From NCBI GenBank assembly GCA_951406725.2, contig OX597822.1, positions 81,716,001 to 81,780,000 of the forward strand: a DNA stretch of 64,000 nucleotides, in the 5' to 3' direction. Origin of the DNA: Octopus vulgaris (lineage: Eukaryota). The notes under the pieces are model-generated. The model was not told the origin of the DNA. It was given only the letters and a program-made list of their open reading frames with translations, and did no database searches. Of the stretch, positions 11,934 through 25,142 are shown in pieces. A program made the translations under genes and the position numbers. The number at the start of each line of letters is the position of its first letter. Position 1 is the stretch's first letter.

Positions 11934-12942
11934 ATATATATATATACACATATATTATATATACATGAAGTCAAAATTAGTTTTAAAAAACATAGCGATA
12001 ACAATGAATAATGAATGTAATATCAGTTGAATGCTTGAGTAGTTGAAATAAATATGGAGTGATTTGATGCTTTAGATGTTAGTCCTTGTTCAGAAAGAAA
12101 AGGAGAAATATGGGAAAATGGAGTGAGAGAGAAAATGAAAGAATTTAAAAAATTAATTGATGGAAAGACATAGGTAGATGGAGAAGGGCTAAAAACCAAG
12201 GATCCACCATTCTTTGGGGAGAAGCCTAGAAGCAAGGTGTGAGTGGATGTGTCAGAGTATTTGTGTTTGGTGGCAGGTGTAAGGGGAAAATGATGTATGT
12301 TTGTGTGTATTGGTGTAGAGTAAGTATGTGCTTAAATGTATATAAATGTGCAAATTTGGGGGTGTTGGTTAGTGAGGTGTGTGGGAGAAATATTTGTGTA
12401 TATATAACCCTTAGGTGGGTAGAGTGAAAACTTGTGTATGTGTGTGTGATTAATACATGATGGAAGTGATGTAGAATGGGGTAGAAGCATAAATGTGTAT
12501 GCGGTGTGTGCATCTGTGTGTATAAACCAAAAGCATGTTGTGGGGGAAAAGCATTTTCTAGAAGTGGAATTTTACATACATATCTATATAAATATATATA
12601 TATATCTAAGTATTGTATCTAATTTCTCCTCTATTAACTCTGCCAGACCAAGTCTCGCTCTATCATCTTTTTTCAACCTCCGCGTATACGCGGTGCCCTC
12701 ACCCTGCCCACCCCCACCACCAATACCGGATATCTCTATATTTTTGCTCCATCTATACCGGATGTTGTTTCTCCCACCACCATTATAGGTGTCTACTCTT
12801 CGAACACCCCTCCTCAATAAGCTATTTCACCATGCATTACCCTCTTGATATCCTACGTTCTACTTGCCTAAGAACCTGTCATCATTCTCTGAACCACCCC
12901 TCCCCACTGGTGCTCCCCTATATTTCTGCCCCCACCCACATA

Positions 12943-13185
12943 GAAAAAGCACCATCCGAACGTGACCGATGCCAGACCCCTCTGGCACCTGTGCAGGTGG
13001 CACGTAAGAAACACCCACTACACTCGCGGAGTGGTTGGCGTTAGGAAGGGCATCCAGCTGTAGAAACACTGCCAGACTAGACTGGAGCCTGGGGCAGTCC
13101 CTAGCTCCCCAGACCCCGGTCGAAACCGTCCAACCTGTGCTAGCGCGGAAAATGGACGTTAAACGATGATGATGATGATGATGAT
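12943..13185 (+). mobile_element. Young RTE 3' end
   Basis: CpG-retaining copy starting aaaaagcaccatccgaacg and ending ggacgttaaac(gat)n. Confidence 0.82.
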
Positions 13186-13308
13186 ATACTTGTATATGTG
13201 TGTATATAAGTATATATATACTTGTATATGTGTGTATATAAGTATATATATACTTGTATATGTGTGTATATACGTATATATACATACACATGTATATGTG
13301 TGTCTCTC

Positions 13309-16300
13309 TCTATATATAAAACTAAGAATGTGTGTGTGTCTGTCTGTGTGTTTCCCTAAAACTTGAGAACTACACAACCAATTTCATTCAAATTTTACAC
13401 ATGCCTTACTTAAGGTCCGGGGAGTGTCATTGGCAAAAAGAATTTTAACTTTTATCCTTGGGCGACCCCACAGCAATATCATATCTTCTCCACTATTTCA
13501 GTATTACATGTTAAAAGTGAAACAAAAACATCTCTCTTTTGTAATGCAGACACTTACATTTTAACACTGAAACTATTAAAGTGAAAGTAGTATATAACAG
13601 GGATGAACCATTAATAGTGGTCATCCATTTTGCTAGAAGAAGATCCACTATGGTCTTATATGCTACACCACTGGTTTTCAATTCATATCAATCAAATAAA
13701 TATTCAATTTTTCACCCTTATATATGTGTGTGTGTGTGTATTAGCAATTCGTATAAAATTGCATCAATGACTTGAACTTGAATAAGTGGTTTCACATAAA
13801 TGGGGATAAATTAAAAAGGTTTGTTATTATTATTATTGTTTGATTATTGTAATCAGATTTGTTAGTTCCTCGTCAGGGAAACGTTGTTGTGTTACATTTG
13901 TTAAATAATTGTAAACCGTAACCCTCCCCCTTTCGGAGAAGGGGCTTTGGTTATTGTTTAAAAATTGAATTGTGTCCCTGTTTGGGGAAATTGACAATAT
14001 TTTCACCGTCTTTACGGAAGCATTTTTGTTAAAATGCCTTCGATAGTAGAAAGTCCAAAAATGAATTTCGCTGCAGTCGTACACTTCTATACAAGAGGGA
14101 GAACAAGATCCAATTGATCGAAATTGCAAGAGATGGGCCTACAATTCCAGTCTATTATATATTTTGAGTATTGTTATCACTAGCGATATCAAGATATAAC
14201 TTTGTATTTTGTATTTTATGTGTAGATGTATATATATAGATGTACATGTAATATGTACACATATATATACACATTTATACATGCATAATATATCTACCCA
14301 TACACACATACGCGCACACACACATACATAGGGGCAGGTGTGGCTGTGTGGTAACAAACTACATTCCAAACACATGGTCCTGGTTTCAGTCCCACTGTGT
14401 GGTGACTTGGCATATGTCTTCTGCTGTAGCCTCAGACCAACAAAAGCCTTCTCAGTGGATTTTGTACATATATACAGGCATACGTACATATTCGGCATAA
14501 ACACTCTACCACTACAACTAATAACTTGGGAACACTTTCAAACCTGCCTTACATTCCATGGAGGTTCCTACAAGAAACTCAGACAGGTGCTGATGGATAT
14601 CCATCATACAGATGCAGAAAACCAGAAGACGGAGGTTTCACAGCAACTATTGGACAGCACGATATTGATAATAGATGGATTATTCCATACTGCCCACTCC
14701 TGTCAAAGACTTTCAATGCCCACATCAACGTTGAGTTTTGCAATTCTATTAAATCCATCAAGTACGTTTGCAAATATGTAAACAAGGGTTCTGACGCTGC
14801 AATGTTTGGACTTCAACAAGAATACTGCCAGGATGAGGTGACGCATTATCAGGTGGGACGGTACATAAGTAGCAACGAGGCTTTCTGGTACATCTTTGGC
14901 TTTCCAATTCACCAACGACACCCCGCCATTCAACAGCTTGCAGTGCACCTGGAAAATGGTCAAAGTGTGTACTTCACCGATGCTAATGCTTCTCTGTTGG
15001 CAGAGGAACCAAGGGATAGCACACTCACTGCATTCTTCAAGCTTTGTCAAGTGGATCCATTCGTTCAAACCTTGCTGTATCCACAGATTCCATTGTACTA
15101 CACTTGGAATGGAAAAAAATGGGCCCCACAGAAAGCAGGTCAAAATGTTCATGGATACCCTGGCATTAAGTTCACACTTGCCTTGGGCAAGTATACACAG
15201 TGCATCCCGCTCAACAAGAGTGCTTCTACCTTCGTCTATTACTGCATGAGGTCAGAGGGCCAACATCCTTCCTCGATGCTCCTGGAGAGACAGGAAAAAC
15301 ATTTATTACAAAGCTTCTCCTTGCAGAAGTTAGGCAGCATCAGGACATTGCAGTAGCTGTAGCCTCCTCTGGCATTGCAGCTACTTTGTTACCCGGTGGC
15401 AGGACAGCACACTCAACTTTTAAACTCCCTCTCAATTTAGCAGTATCCGAAATGCCTTCATGCAACATCAACAAAAGCTCAGCTCAGGGACAAGTACTTA
15501 AAATGTGTCATCTAATTGTCTGGGATGAGTGCACTATGGCTCACAAGGGAGCTTTGAAAGCATTAGATAGAGCCCTGAAAGACATCCGAGACTGTCAGGC
15601 TCCAATGGGAGGTGTAACGCTTCTGTTGTCAGGTGATTTCAGGCAAACTCTTCCTGTCATTCCGAAAGGCACTAGAGCAAATGAAGTCCAAGCATGCCTA
15701 AAGTCCTCTACTCTGTGGCATCATGTTCCAATCCTCAGTCTCTTCACTAACATGAGAGCTCAGCTACACGGCAACAAAATGTCCACAAAGTTTGCACAGG
15801 ACATTTTGACACTTGGTGAAGGCAAGAATGCCTCTCGATGCTGCAGGACAAATGGAAGTGTGGTCATTTTCCTCTGTTGTTAATTCTGTAGACGACCTCA
15901 AAAACAGTCTTTCCCAACTTCACACAAAACTACCAAAATCACAATTCGCTGTGTGAAAGAGCAATATTAGCTCAAAAAAACGTCGCTGTTAACAAAATTA
16001 ATCAACAGCTAATGCACTCTCTTCCTGGCACTATACACACTTACAAGTCTGTTGATACAATTCCAGATATAAATGAAGTTGTGAACTATCCTCCTGAATT
16101 TTTCAATTCACTGGAGCCTCCTGGACTACCTCCACACATATTAGCACTTAAAGATGGAACTCTTGTAATGCTACTCCGCAATCTGGAACCACCAAGATTT
16201 GCAATAGAACACGACTGGTGATAAAGAAAATGATGTCACACGTTATCGAGGCGATCATTCTTATTGGATGTGGAAAAAGTGATGACGTCTTTATTCCAAG

Positions 16301-16661
16301 AATTCCTCTTACTCCATCAGGAGCAGAAATTCCATTTACATTCAGAAGACTGCAATTCCCCCTTCGTGTCAGCTTTGCCATGTCCATTAACAAATCTCAG
16401 GGTCAAACCCTCTCTGTAGCTGGTCTTCTCTTGGAAGAGCCCTGCTTCTTGCATGGGCAACTGTATGTTGGCTGCTCAAGAGTAGGAACCAAAAGAAACC
16501 TTTTTGTATATGCTCCACAAGGAAAAACAAGGAACATTGTTTACAACGAGGTGCTATAATCTCAACAGCCAGGAGGTATATACATGATCCCCTTTTTAAC
16601 AAACTGCATGTACTTTCATATATTTATATTAATATACATATATGTATGTGTGTATGTGTAT

Positions 16662-16695
<34 letters not shown>

Positions 16696-16753
16696 CAGAA
16701 AAGTCTAATTCTTCAATTGAATGTAACCGGGCAACGCCGGGTATCTCTGCTAG
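13309..16753 (+). mobile_element. Helitron, internally deleted, both termini present
   Basis: 5' TCtatatataaaactaag at 13309; 3' hairpin ccgggcaacgccgg then CTAG at 16750-16753 followed by T; internal RepHel fragments; SINE B insertion at 14332-14466. Confidence 0.9.
14526..16559 (+). pseudogene. Helitron RepHel (HUH Rep C-terminal part and PIF1-like SF1 helicase), frameshifted
   Basis: DGYPSYR, DNRWIIPY, AHINVEFC, KYVCKYVNKGSD, GRYISSNEA; helicase LDAPGETGKT, ASSGIAATLLPGGRTAHS, IVWDE, GDFRQTLPV, QFPLRVSFAMSINKSQGQTL and HGQLYVGCSRV spread over at least four frames. Confidence 0.93.
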
Positions 16754-16801
<48 letters not shown>

Positions 16802-16914
16802 TGTATATCTGTGTGTATATGTATATATATACACATGTATGTGTGTGTATATATGTATATGTATATATATATACACATGTATATGTATATGTGTATATAT
16901 ATACATGTATATGC

Positions 16915-16950
<36 letters not shown>

Positions 16951-17052
16951 GGAGAGAGAGAGAGAGAGGGAGGGAAAATTAACAAAAGACGAAGACAGGT
17001 GGTGTAGACAACAAAGAGATGTATTAGTATAACACTCAGGAAGTGAAAAAGT

Positions 17053-17088
17053 CTTTAACCTTTCGAGCCTACGCTCTTCCACAGAAAG
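17053..17088 (-). ncRNA. Variant hammerhead-like motif in a small element embedded in TA repeats (~16970-17155)
   Basis: Minus: cttt-CTGTGGA-a-gagc-gtag-gctc-GAAA-g-GTT-aaag; stems I and II pair, but the core has A6U and stem III is damaged. Confidence 0.45.
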
Positions 17089-17509
17089 GAACACAGAAAG
17101 AAACAATGAAAGAAAATAAAGAATGTGCAGTGGCTAGCAATCTATCATGGCGAATGATATTTATGTATGTATGTGTATATATATATATATATATACATAC
17201 ATACACATATACATGTATTTTTGTGCATCTGTGTGTGTATGTTTGAGTGTATTAATTATATATCTTTAAAATTTTAAACATCAGATTCGAGATAATATTA
17301 AAGAAACATTAAATGTAGAATGAAAAGCCAGCAGAAAATAGAAAAGAAAACCAGACAAAGAGATAACAGTGTAACATCCAATACAAATTTACGACAATAT
17401 GCAAATATTTCACTCATAAATGCATACACATAGGCACAAATAAAAGTACATGCATACAAAACAGCATTATGTATATAGACACATATGTATATATAATATA
17501 TGCATATAT

Positions 17510-17564
<55 letters not shown>

Positions 17565-17565
<1 letters not shown>

Positions 17566-18007
17566 CAATGATAAATATCAAAGTGAGTTATATACAGTAG
17601 CGGTAACACATCGTGACGTATTTTTGCCATTTCAATATGGCTAACCCCTAAGGGTGGATGCTACTGTAGTTTTTAGCGCCAGGAGGACACACTCCTCCAG
17701 CTGGCCATAGACACACTTTCTGTGTCCTGTCAGTATTTGCAAAGGGAAGTCATCCTTCCCGTCTTCAACTTATGATACACACGGACTCGAGTTTCGAGGT
17801 ATTGACCTCTTGTCAGCGTGTGACAATCATAGTTGTCGCCGAGAATTAGATTTCCTTCACAAATACTTATACTTTTTCCAGCGTCCACTGTCGCTGATAT
17901 CGAAAAAGTGAAATCAAACAATGAGAAATATCAAAGTGGGCTAACAACTACAGTAGCATCCACCCTTAGGGGTTAGCCATATTGAAATGGCAAAAATACG
18001 TCACGAT
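17565..18007 (-). mobile_element. Penelope-like non-autonomous element with long inverted ends and a hammerhead
   Basis: ~66-bp near-perfect inverted repeat 17610-17677 / 17940-18007; direct repeat 17566-17601 / 17919-17958; internal hammerhead; inserted in (TA)n. Confidence 0.75.
17778..17822 (-). ncRNA. Type-I hammerhead ribozyme motif
   Basis: Minus: cacacg-CTGACAA-gaggt-caat-acctc-GAAA-ctcga-GTC-cgtgtg; perfect stems I (6 bp) and II (5 bp), palindromic ACTCGAGT stem III, GUC site; G8 to A change fits CpG decay. Confidence 0.78.
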
Positions 18008-18204
18008 ATATATCTATATATATATATATATATATATATATGCTCCATTTCTTTTCTTATCTGAATATATTAAATGAAGGTTTTACCATTTGAATTACCA
18101 ACTACTGTTAACCTTATAGCAAGGCCTATATGTAGTGAGGTAATCCACAAGTAGGGCCTAGATACATTTATCCCTTAGATGGTTGCATAACCTCTAACTC
18201 ATAA

Positions 18205-18293
18205 TTTATGTATATATATATATATATATACATACATAGATATATACACACACACATATATATGTCTATACATATACACATACATACATAGAT

Positions 18294-18326
<33 letters not shown>

Positions 18327-18382
18327 TATATGTGTGTATATATAGATACCTACATACATAGATATATATACACACACATATC

Positions 18383-18427
<45 letters not shown>

Positions 18428-18439
18428 TTATATATTTAC

Positions 18440-18470
<31 letters not shown>

Positions 18471-18720
18471 CATAGATATATACATACATAGATGTATATA
18501 CATACATATACACACAAATGTATATATATATATACGTATATATATATATGTATATATATACATACATACATATATAGGTATATACACACTTCATATATAT
18601 GTATACATATATATATGTATATATATACATACATAGATACATATATATATATATACACACACACACACATGCGCACATACATACATATACACACACACAA
18701 ACACACATGTATGACAGACA
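18205..18720. repeat. Compound (TA)n/(CA)n microsatellite
   Basis: Directly visible; similar tracts at 16640-16970, 22270-22600 and 45590-45700. Confidence 0.95.
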
Positions 18721-20334
18721 CACCCACTTATATGAACATGCACTATAACTACTTTTTAGAGCCAGAAAATACAGCCACACATCAATTTACCTCTCATTAC
18801 AATAACTGTAAACTGTTATCTCTGTATGGTATTTTTTATAAATTATTGATGACAACCTTTTAAAAAATGAGATTATATCGGAACATGGGTGGGGAAGTAC
18901 ATTTTCTTATGACTCAAGTTCTACACTTTTCCAAATACATCTTTATATATCTTTCAAGCATTTCCTTTCCTTTTTATTCCATCCTCCCAACCATTATTTT
19001 CCCTTTATCTAAAACACATCAGCAACAATTCAAAATATCTTCTTCTTGTAATTGTCTTTAAAGAATACAACATCAATGGTGCCTCTTCCCAGGACAAAAC
19101 CAAACTGCATCACATCTAGACTAATCCCGTCCTTAATCCGTTTTCCAGTTACCCACTTCTTTAAGTGTCTTTGTTAGAAATATAGAAAGGACCCAGCACT
19201 TATTTTTGAAGTCTGCCACTTATTTTATCAGTCTCTTTTGCCAAACTGATAAGTTACAGTGCCTTAAAGAAATGAACTTCTCTTGTCAAACAGTGGGGAG
19301 GAGCAAACATAAACATGTATTTCTTGTGCCACATGAAAACACACTTGGTGCCATGTAAAAAACACTGGTGCACACATAAGATGCACTTAGTGCACCTTAT
19401 GTGATTGGCATTAGGAAGGGCACCCAGCTATAGAAACCCTACGTAAGCAGACATAGGACCCGGCAGAGCCATCTGGCACACTGTTCATATTGAACTGTCC
19501 AACCCATACCAGAATGGGAAAAATGACATCAAATGATGATGACGATGTTGGTGATATAGTCAGTTTTGTGTGTGTATTCTGTGTTTTTTTTTTTTTAAAT
19601 ATATATTTTGGTAAGAATAGTAGTACAATCAAAGCTAAGTTTTATCACCAAACAAAAATCAATGGGAATAATTTTCATATGTCTGAACGATGTATTTATC
19701 CTCAATCTTTGACCTTCATATCTCAGCATTGACCAATTCCAGCCAAATGCATATCCAAATATTCGATATATTCAACTAACCTGTGTTATTAGGTACACTA
19801 CATCATCATCATCATCAACGTTTAACCTCTGCTTTCCCTGCTGGCATGGGTTGGACGGTTTGACTGAAAACTGGTTAGTCAGTGGGCTGCACCAGGTTCC
19901 AATCTGATTTGGCAAAGTTTCTATGGCTAGATGCCCTTCCTAACACCAACAACTTCGAGAGTGTAGTGGGTGCTTTTTATGTGCCACCAGCATGGGTGCC
20001 ATTGACCTGACACTGGCATCAGCCATAATTATAGTCTCACTTAGTTTGACAGGTCAACACAAGCACGGTATATTGCCAAGGCTCTTGGTCACCTGTCACT
20101 GCCTCCTTGAGGCCCAGCACTTGAATGGTGCCCAATGCTTGTACATATTTGGAATTTGAGAAATATGGGAAAGAAAAATAGATGTTGGAAACAAATTCTG
20201 TATATCCCTAAGAAATAAAGAGAATGAAGAATTTAGGAAGGACAACAAACAGAACTTGTAGCTGAGAAATGACTGGAAGATTAAAATGAAAAGATTTCAT
20301 TAAATTGCTTTGATGGACATATTTCACATATTCT

Positions 20335-20530
20335 TTTCTATTCTAAGCACAAGGCCCGAAATTTTGAGGAGGGGGCTATTTGATTAGATCGACCTCAGTA
20401 TGCAACTGGTACTTAATTTATCGAGTCCGAAAGGATGAAAGGCAAAGTTGAACTCAGAGCATAAAGAAAGACAAAATACTGTTAAGCATTTTGCCTGGCA
20501 TGCTAACATTTCTGGCAGCTCAACGCCTTG
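20335..20530 (-). mobile_element. tRNA-related SINE (family C)
   Basis: Reverse complement of the family C pattern (gagctg-cagaaa-gttagca...gactttgcctttcatcctttcgg); copies at 21180-21390(-), 25452-25650(+), 29276-29510(+), 38546-38757(-) and 60607-60822(+). Confidence 0.75.
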
Positions 20531-20532
20531 AA

Positions 20533-21168
20533 TCATCATCATCATCATCATTTAACGTCCGCTTTCCATGCTGGCATGGGTTGGACTGTTTGACTGAGGA
20601 CTGGCAAACCAGATGGCTGCACCAGGTTTCAATCTGATCTGGCAGAGTTTCTACAGCTGGATGTCCTTCCTAATGCCAACCAATCCGGGTGTGTAGTGGG
20701 GGCTTTTATGTGCCACCGGCATGAGGGCCAGTCAAGTGGTACTGGAGACGCTCAAACAGTGTTTTTTATGTGCCACCTGCACAGGAGCCAGTCCAGCGGC
20801 ACTGGCAATGACCTCACTTGAATGTTGTTTTTCATGTGCCACTGGCACTTGTACCAGTGAGGTAATGATCACGCTTGGATGGTGCTTTCAATGTTCCTCT
20901 GGCACAGGTGCCAGTCCTGCAGTGCTGTCATTGGCCATGTCAGCAAATTTGATTTTGATAGTGATCTCACTTACCTCAACAGGTCTTCACAAGCAAATTT
21001 TTGTGTCCAACGAAAGAAAGGTACGCATAAGTAGGCTGGTTACACTGCTGGCATAGGCCATGGGTTATAGTCTCACTTGGCTTGCTGGGTCTTCTCAAGC
21101 ACAGCATATTTCCAAAGGTCTCGGTCACCAGTCATTGCCTCGGTGAGGCCCAGTGTTTGAAGGTCATG
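20533..21168 (-). mobile_element. RTE LINE 3' portion (3'UTR and end of ORF)
   Basis: (CAT)n tail, tandem UTR units, then rc of gacctttggaaatatgctgtgcttgagaagacc (DLWKYAVLEKT). Similar copies at 19801-20130 and 57834-58340. Confidence 0.78.
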
Positions 21169-22267
21169 GCAATAAATATTCTTTCTTACTCTAGGCACAA
21201 AGCCCAAAATTTTTGGGAAGGGGCCAGTTGATTAAATCAACCCCAGTACCCAACTGGTACTTAATTTATCAACTCCGAAGGGATGAAAGGCAAAGTCAAC
21301 CATGGCAGAATTTGAACTCAGAACGTCAAAACAGACGAAATTCCACTAAGCATTTTGCTCAGCTTGCTAATGTTTCTGCCAGCTCGCCACTTCAGAGTAT
21401 TAAAGATGTATTAACTTTGAACACACACGCACACATATATCTATGGTGCCAATGATGAGATAGAAACTATTGAGTTCTTGCTTTATTGTATGTTACTTTA
21501 TCAATACAACTGTTGGCACTCTCTGAAAATGATCTTGGAAATGAGCAAGATTAATTAACAACAGCAAACCAACAAGAAAACCCTTGCAGGGTTACTCTTG
21601 AAATAGCAGTCAAATCTTCCTCAAATTATAGCCTACATCTTAAATTAGATTGACTAATAAATTGGACAATAGCTAAAACATCTTTGATCTCTGATTCTTT
21701 TTTTTTAATCAAATCTCACCTGGGGCTAAACAACTACTTCAATAACAGCTACATCTTAAAACAGGTTTGCACCAATGCATAATCAGCCAATCAGAAATAA
21801 CAAAATGTACGTCATCCAATCGTATCTAATGTAAAATACCTTTTACCTATTGAGATCAATTGATTTGGGAGGGAATGGAGCAGAGCTCGATTTTTATTTT
21901 TATTTTCCTATGTTATTTATTTCTGCACTTATTTTGTCCATTTAATTTTTTTTTTCTTTTTTATCTTCTGGTTTTTGCTTTCAATGTGTTTAATCATGTA
22001 TTTAGTCTCCAAGAGAAACACATTACAATCTGCAAAAGAAGCCAAGAAAGTAATATTACTGATAATGTTTTTGTATGTGTGTGGGTTGCAGATGTCTGTC
22101 TGTGTGTGTGTGCATGCACATACAAAGCTTTATATATGTATTTGTGTAATCTCGCACCGCACATGTACATGTTTATGTATGTCTTTATTGGTATATGTAT
22201 ACACATACACACATGGTGTGTGCCTGTGTGAATCTTCTGAATGTCTGGTTTTGTGTGAATATGTATT

Positions 22268-22311
<44 letters not shown>

Positions 22312-22931
22312 TGTGTGTGTGTGTATATATATATATGTGTGTGTGTATATATATGTGTGTGTGTATATATATATATATGTGTGTGTGTATATATATATGT
22401 GTGTGTGTATATATATATATGTGTGTGTGTATATATATATATATGTGTGTGTGTGTATATATATATATATATGTGTGTGCATGTATGTGTATATATATAT
22501 ATGTGTGTGCGTGTATGTGTATATATATATTATATATATGTGTGTGTGTGTGTATACATATATACATATGTATATGTGTGTGTGTGTGTACACACATACA
22601 TACTCATTTTTATTTTTTTTTCGCTATTCATTGTTTAAAAGTGATTTTTAAAATGTTCGATATCTTTTTAATGTTTTATTTTCCTTCTTAAAATTGTAGC
22701 TGAAATAAAGAAGTGCCATTGATAAGTATGTCTTTGATAATGGAGGTTAACTTTCAGAGCATACTGTTTCTAAATGCTGATATATGTTACCTCTTTGATG
22801 GCTTATTTTCGTTACAGCTGTGCATTGCCAAGTTACTTCATTACTGCTTCACAAAAACAGTAATGTGTGTGTGTGTGTGTGTGTGTGTGCATATACATAT
22901 TGAAAATAAGTTCTCAAGATGCAACTTAAAA

Positions 22932-23345
22932 TGTCATGATGTGGTATCTTGAGATGGACCAGAGGGGAGGAATTACAACCGTGTTTCGTGGTCTGCTACC
23001 ACAACAGCTCCTTTATAGGATCCGGTTAACTCAAGACATCATCAGGAGGAACCACGTCCGGTTTCGGCCCCTACTCCTCTACCATTTTGATGTGGCAGGG
23101 ATCCCCCTTTCGGAGGTGTCTTCAGCTCTGGTGTTGGGTGCATGTCTTCTCTCTTCTTCTTTCTTCTGTTCCCTGGCCTCTTCGATGTATCGTCAGTGAG
23201 TGTCAGCCGGTGACTGACTGTCTTGTCAAATTTTCCCCTTTAAATACCTGCCGCTAGGCTCCAGCAGGCAACCCCAGCAAGTTGTCACGTGACACTGTCT
23301 CACCTTAACTGACCAGTGAAGGTGCGTAGTCTTAGCCTGCGCATT
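22932..23345 (-). repeat. LTR/pseudo-LTR-like dispersed repeat
   Basis: 22965-23115 matches 62820-62962 in reverse complement; minus strand has TATTTAAAGGGG then an AG-rich tract; TGTCA...TGACA ends at 22932/23294 but no TSD. Confidence 0.5.
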
Positions 23346-24747
23346 TTCTAAAATTAAAAATTGTGCTGCAGTTAATGCTTAACGTTCAATTACATGTCTA
23401 TATACATATAGGCATGGTTATGTGGTTTAGGAGCTCACTTTGCAACTGTGCAGTTTTGAGTTCAATCCCACTGTGTGGCATTCTTCAACAAGTGTCTTGT
23501 ATAGTCTCAGGCCGATCGATGCATTGTGAGTGTGTTTGGTTGATGGAGACTGTGTGTGTCTGTGTGTTTCGCAAAAGCGACGGATGGAATAAATACCATA
23601 CCTAAGAAATGAATATGAGGGTCAACTTCTTTGAGTAAACCTTTCAAGCTGGTGCTCTAGCATGGCCACAGACTGATGACTGAAATAAGTAAAAAATAAA
23701 ATGAGACGACATTAAGATCCAACTTTTGTGAAATTTTCCAGTCAATGTCAGAGTCTAATTTTACATACCCATCATGTAGAGAGTGTGTGTGAATTATTTT
23801 GTACCCTGGGGTAGCACCTAATTATAACACAGGAGTGGCTGTATGGTAAGAAGCTTGCTTCCCAACCACATGGTTCCAGGTTCAGTCCCACTGCATGGCA
23901 CCTTGGGGGCCAACCAAAGCCTTGTGGGTGGATTTGATTGATGGAAACTGAAAGAGGCCCATCATATATATATGTGTGTGTGTGTGTATATATATATATA
24001 TGTGTGTGTGTGTGTATATGTGTTTGTTGTTCGTGTCTGTGTTTGTCTCCTCACCATCGCTTGACAATCAATGTTGTTGTTTAAGTCCCTGTCACTTAGC
24101 GGTTCAGCAAAAAGAGACTGATAGAATAAGTACTAGGCTTACGAAGAATAAGTCCAAGGGTGGATTTATTCAACTAAAGGTGTTGCTCCAGCGTGGCCGC
24201 AGTGAAATAACTGAAACAAGTAAAAGAATATATATACACACACGTACATATATACACTCATACATACATATATATAAACACACACACACACACATATATA
24301 CACATACATACATATATATTATATCAAAGAAAATGATGGTAGCATTACTGGAGATGGTGATGATGATGGTAGAGTAATGGTGGTGGTGGTGGTAGCATCT
24401 GCAGTAGTAGTGGCTACAACAACGACAGCTATTGTCACTATAAACCCTACTACAAAATGTCTAGCTTCCTGCCAATGTAAGAAATCATAATGAAGACTAG
24501 TGGAATCGTTATTGAGAGATATTTAGCCATTCCGTTGCCTATGTCGTGTCTAATGAAATCCTTTGACAGTTCGAACTAGTAAACTATCTGTGTTGTTGTT
24601 ATTGATAAAAAATTCATCACTGACACTAGACTTGTCGCAAAGCTGAAGGAATTCAGCTGCAGCAAATATAGTTTTCTGATTTACTTTATCGCTGCAATTA
24701 TGCATCACTGTGCAAACTTAATAATGCTTTTAATATAGATCTATATA

Positions 24748-24796
<49 letters not shown>

Positions 24797-25081
24797 ATAT
24801 AAATAAATAAATAAATCGAGTTAAACGCAGGTGTTATTCAAATTCTTTTACTTCCGACACGTTTCGAAGATATCACTGGTATTATTCCAAAGGAATAAAA
24901 TGGTGTAAAACAATGTAAAATACCTTTTACCTATTGAGATCAATTGATTTGGGAGGAAATGAAGTAGAGCTTGATTTTTTTTTTCTTTTCCCGTGCTATT
25001 TATTTCTGCTACCCGGTAACTATTTATCTATTTTTTCCATGTTAATTGTTAACAAGGGAAAAATACACACATCTATTTATA

Positions 25082-25129
<48 letters not shown>

Positions 25130-25142
25130 TATATGAAATACA

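Noticed and set aside
16584-22691. Many Y/I/C/V/H/T-rich ORFs
   Set aside because: Translations of (TA)n, (TG)n and (CA)n microsatellites.
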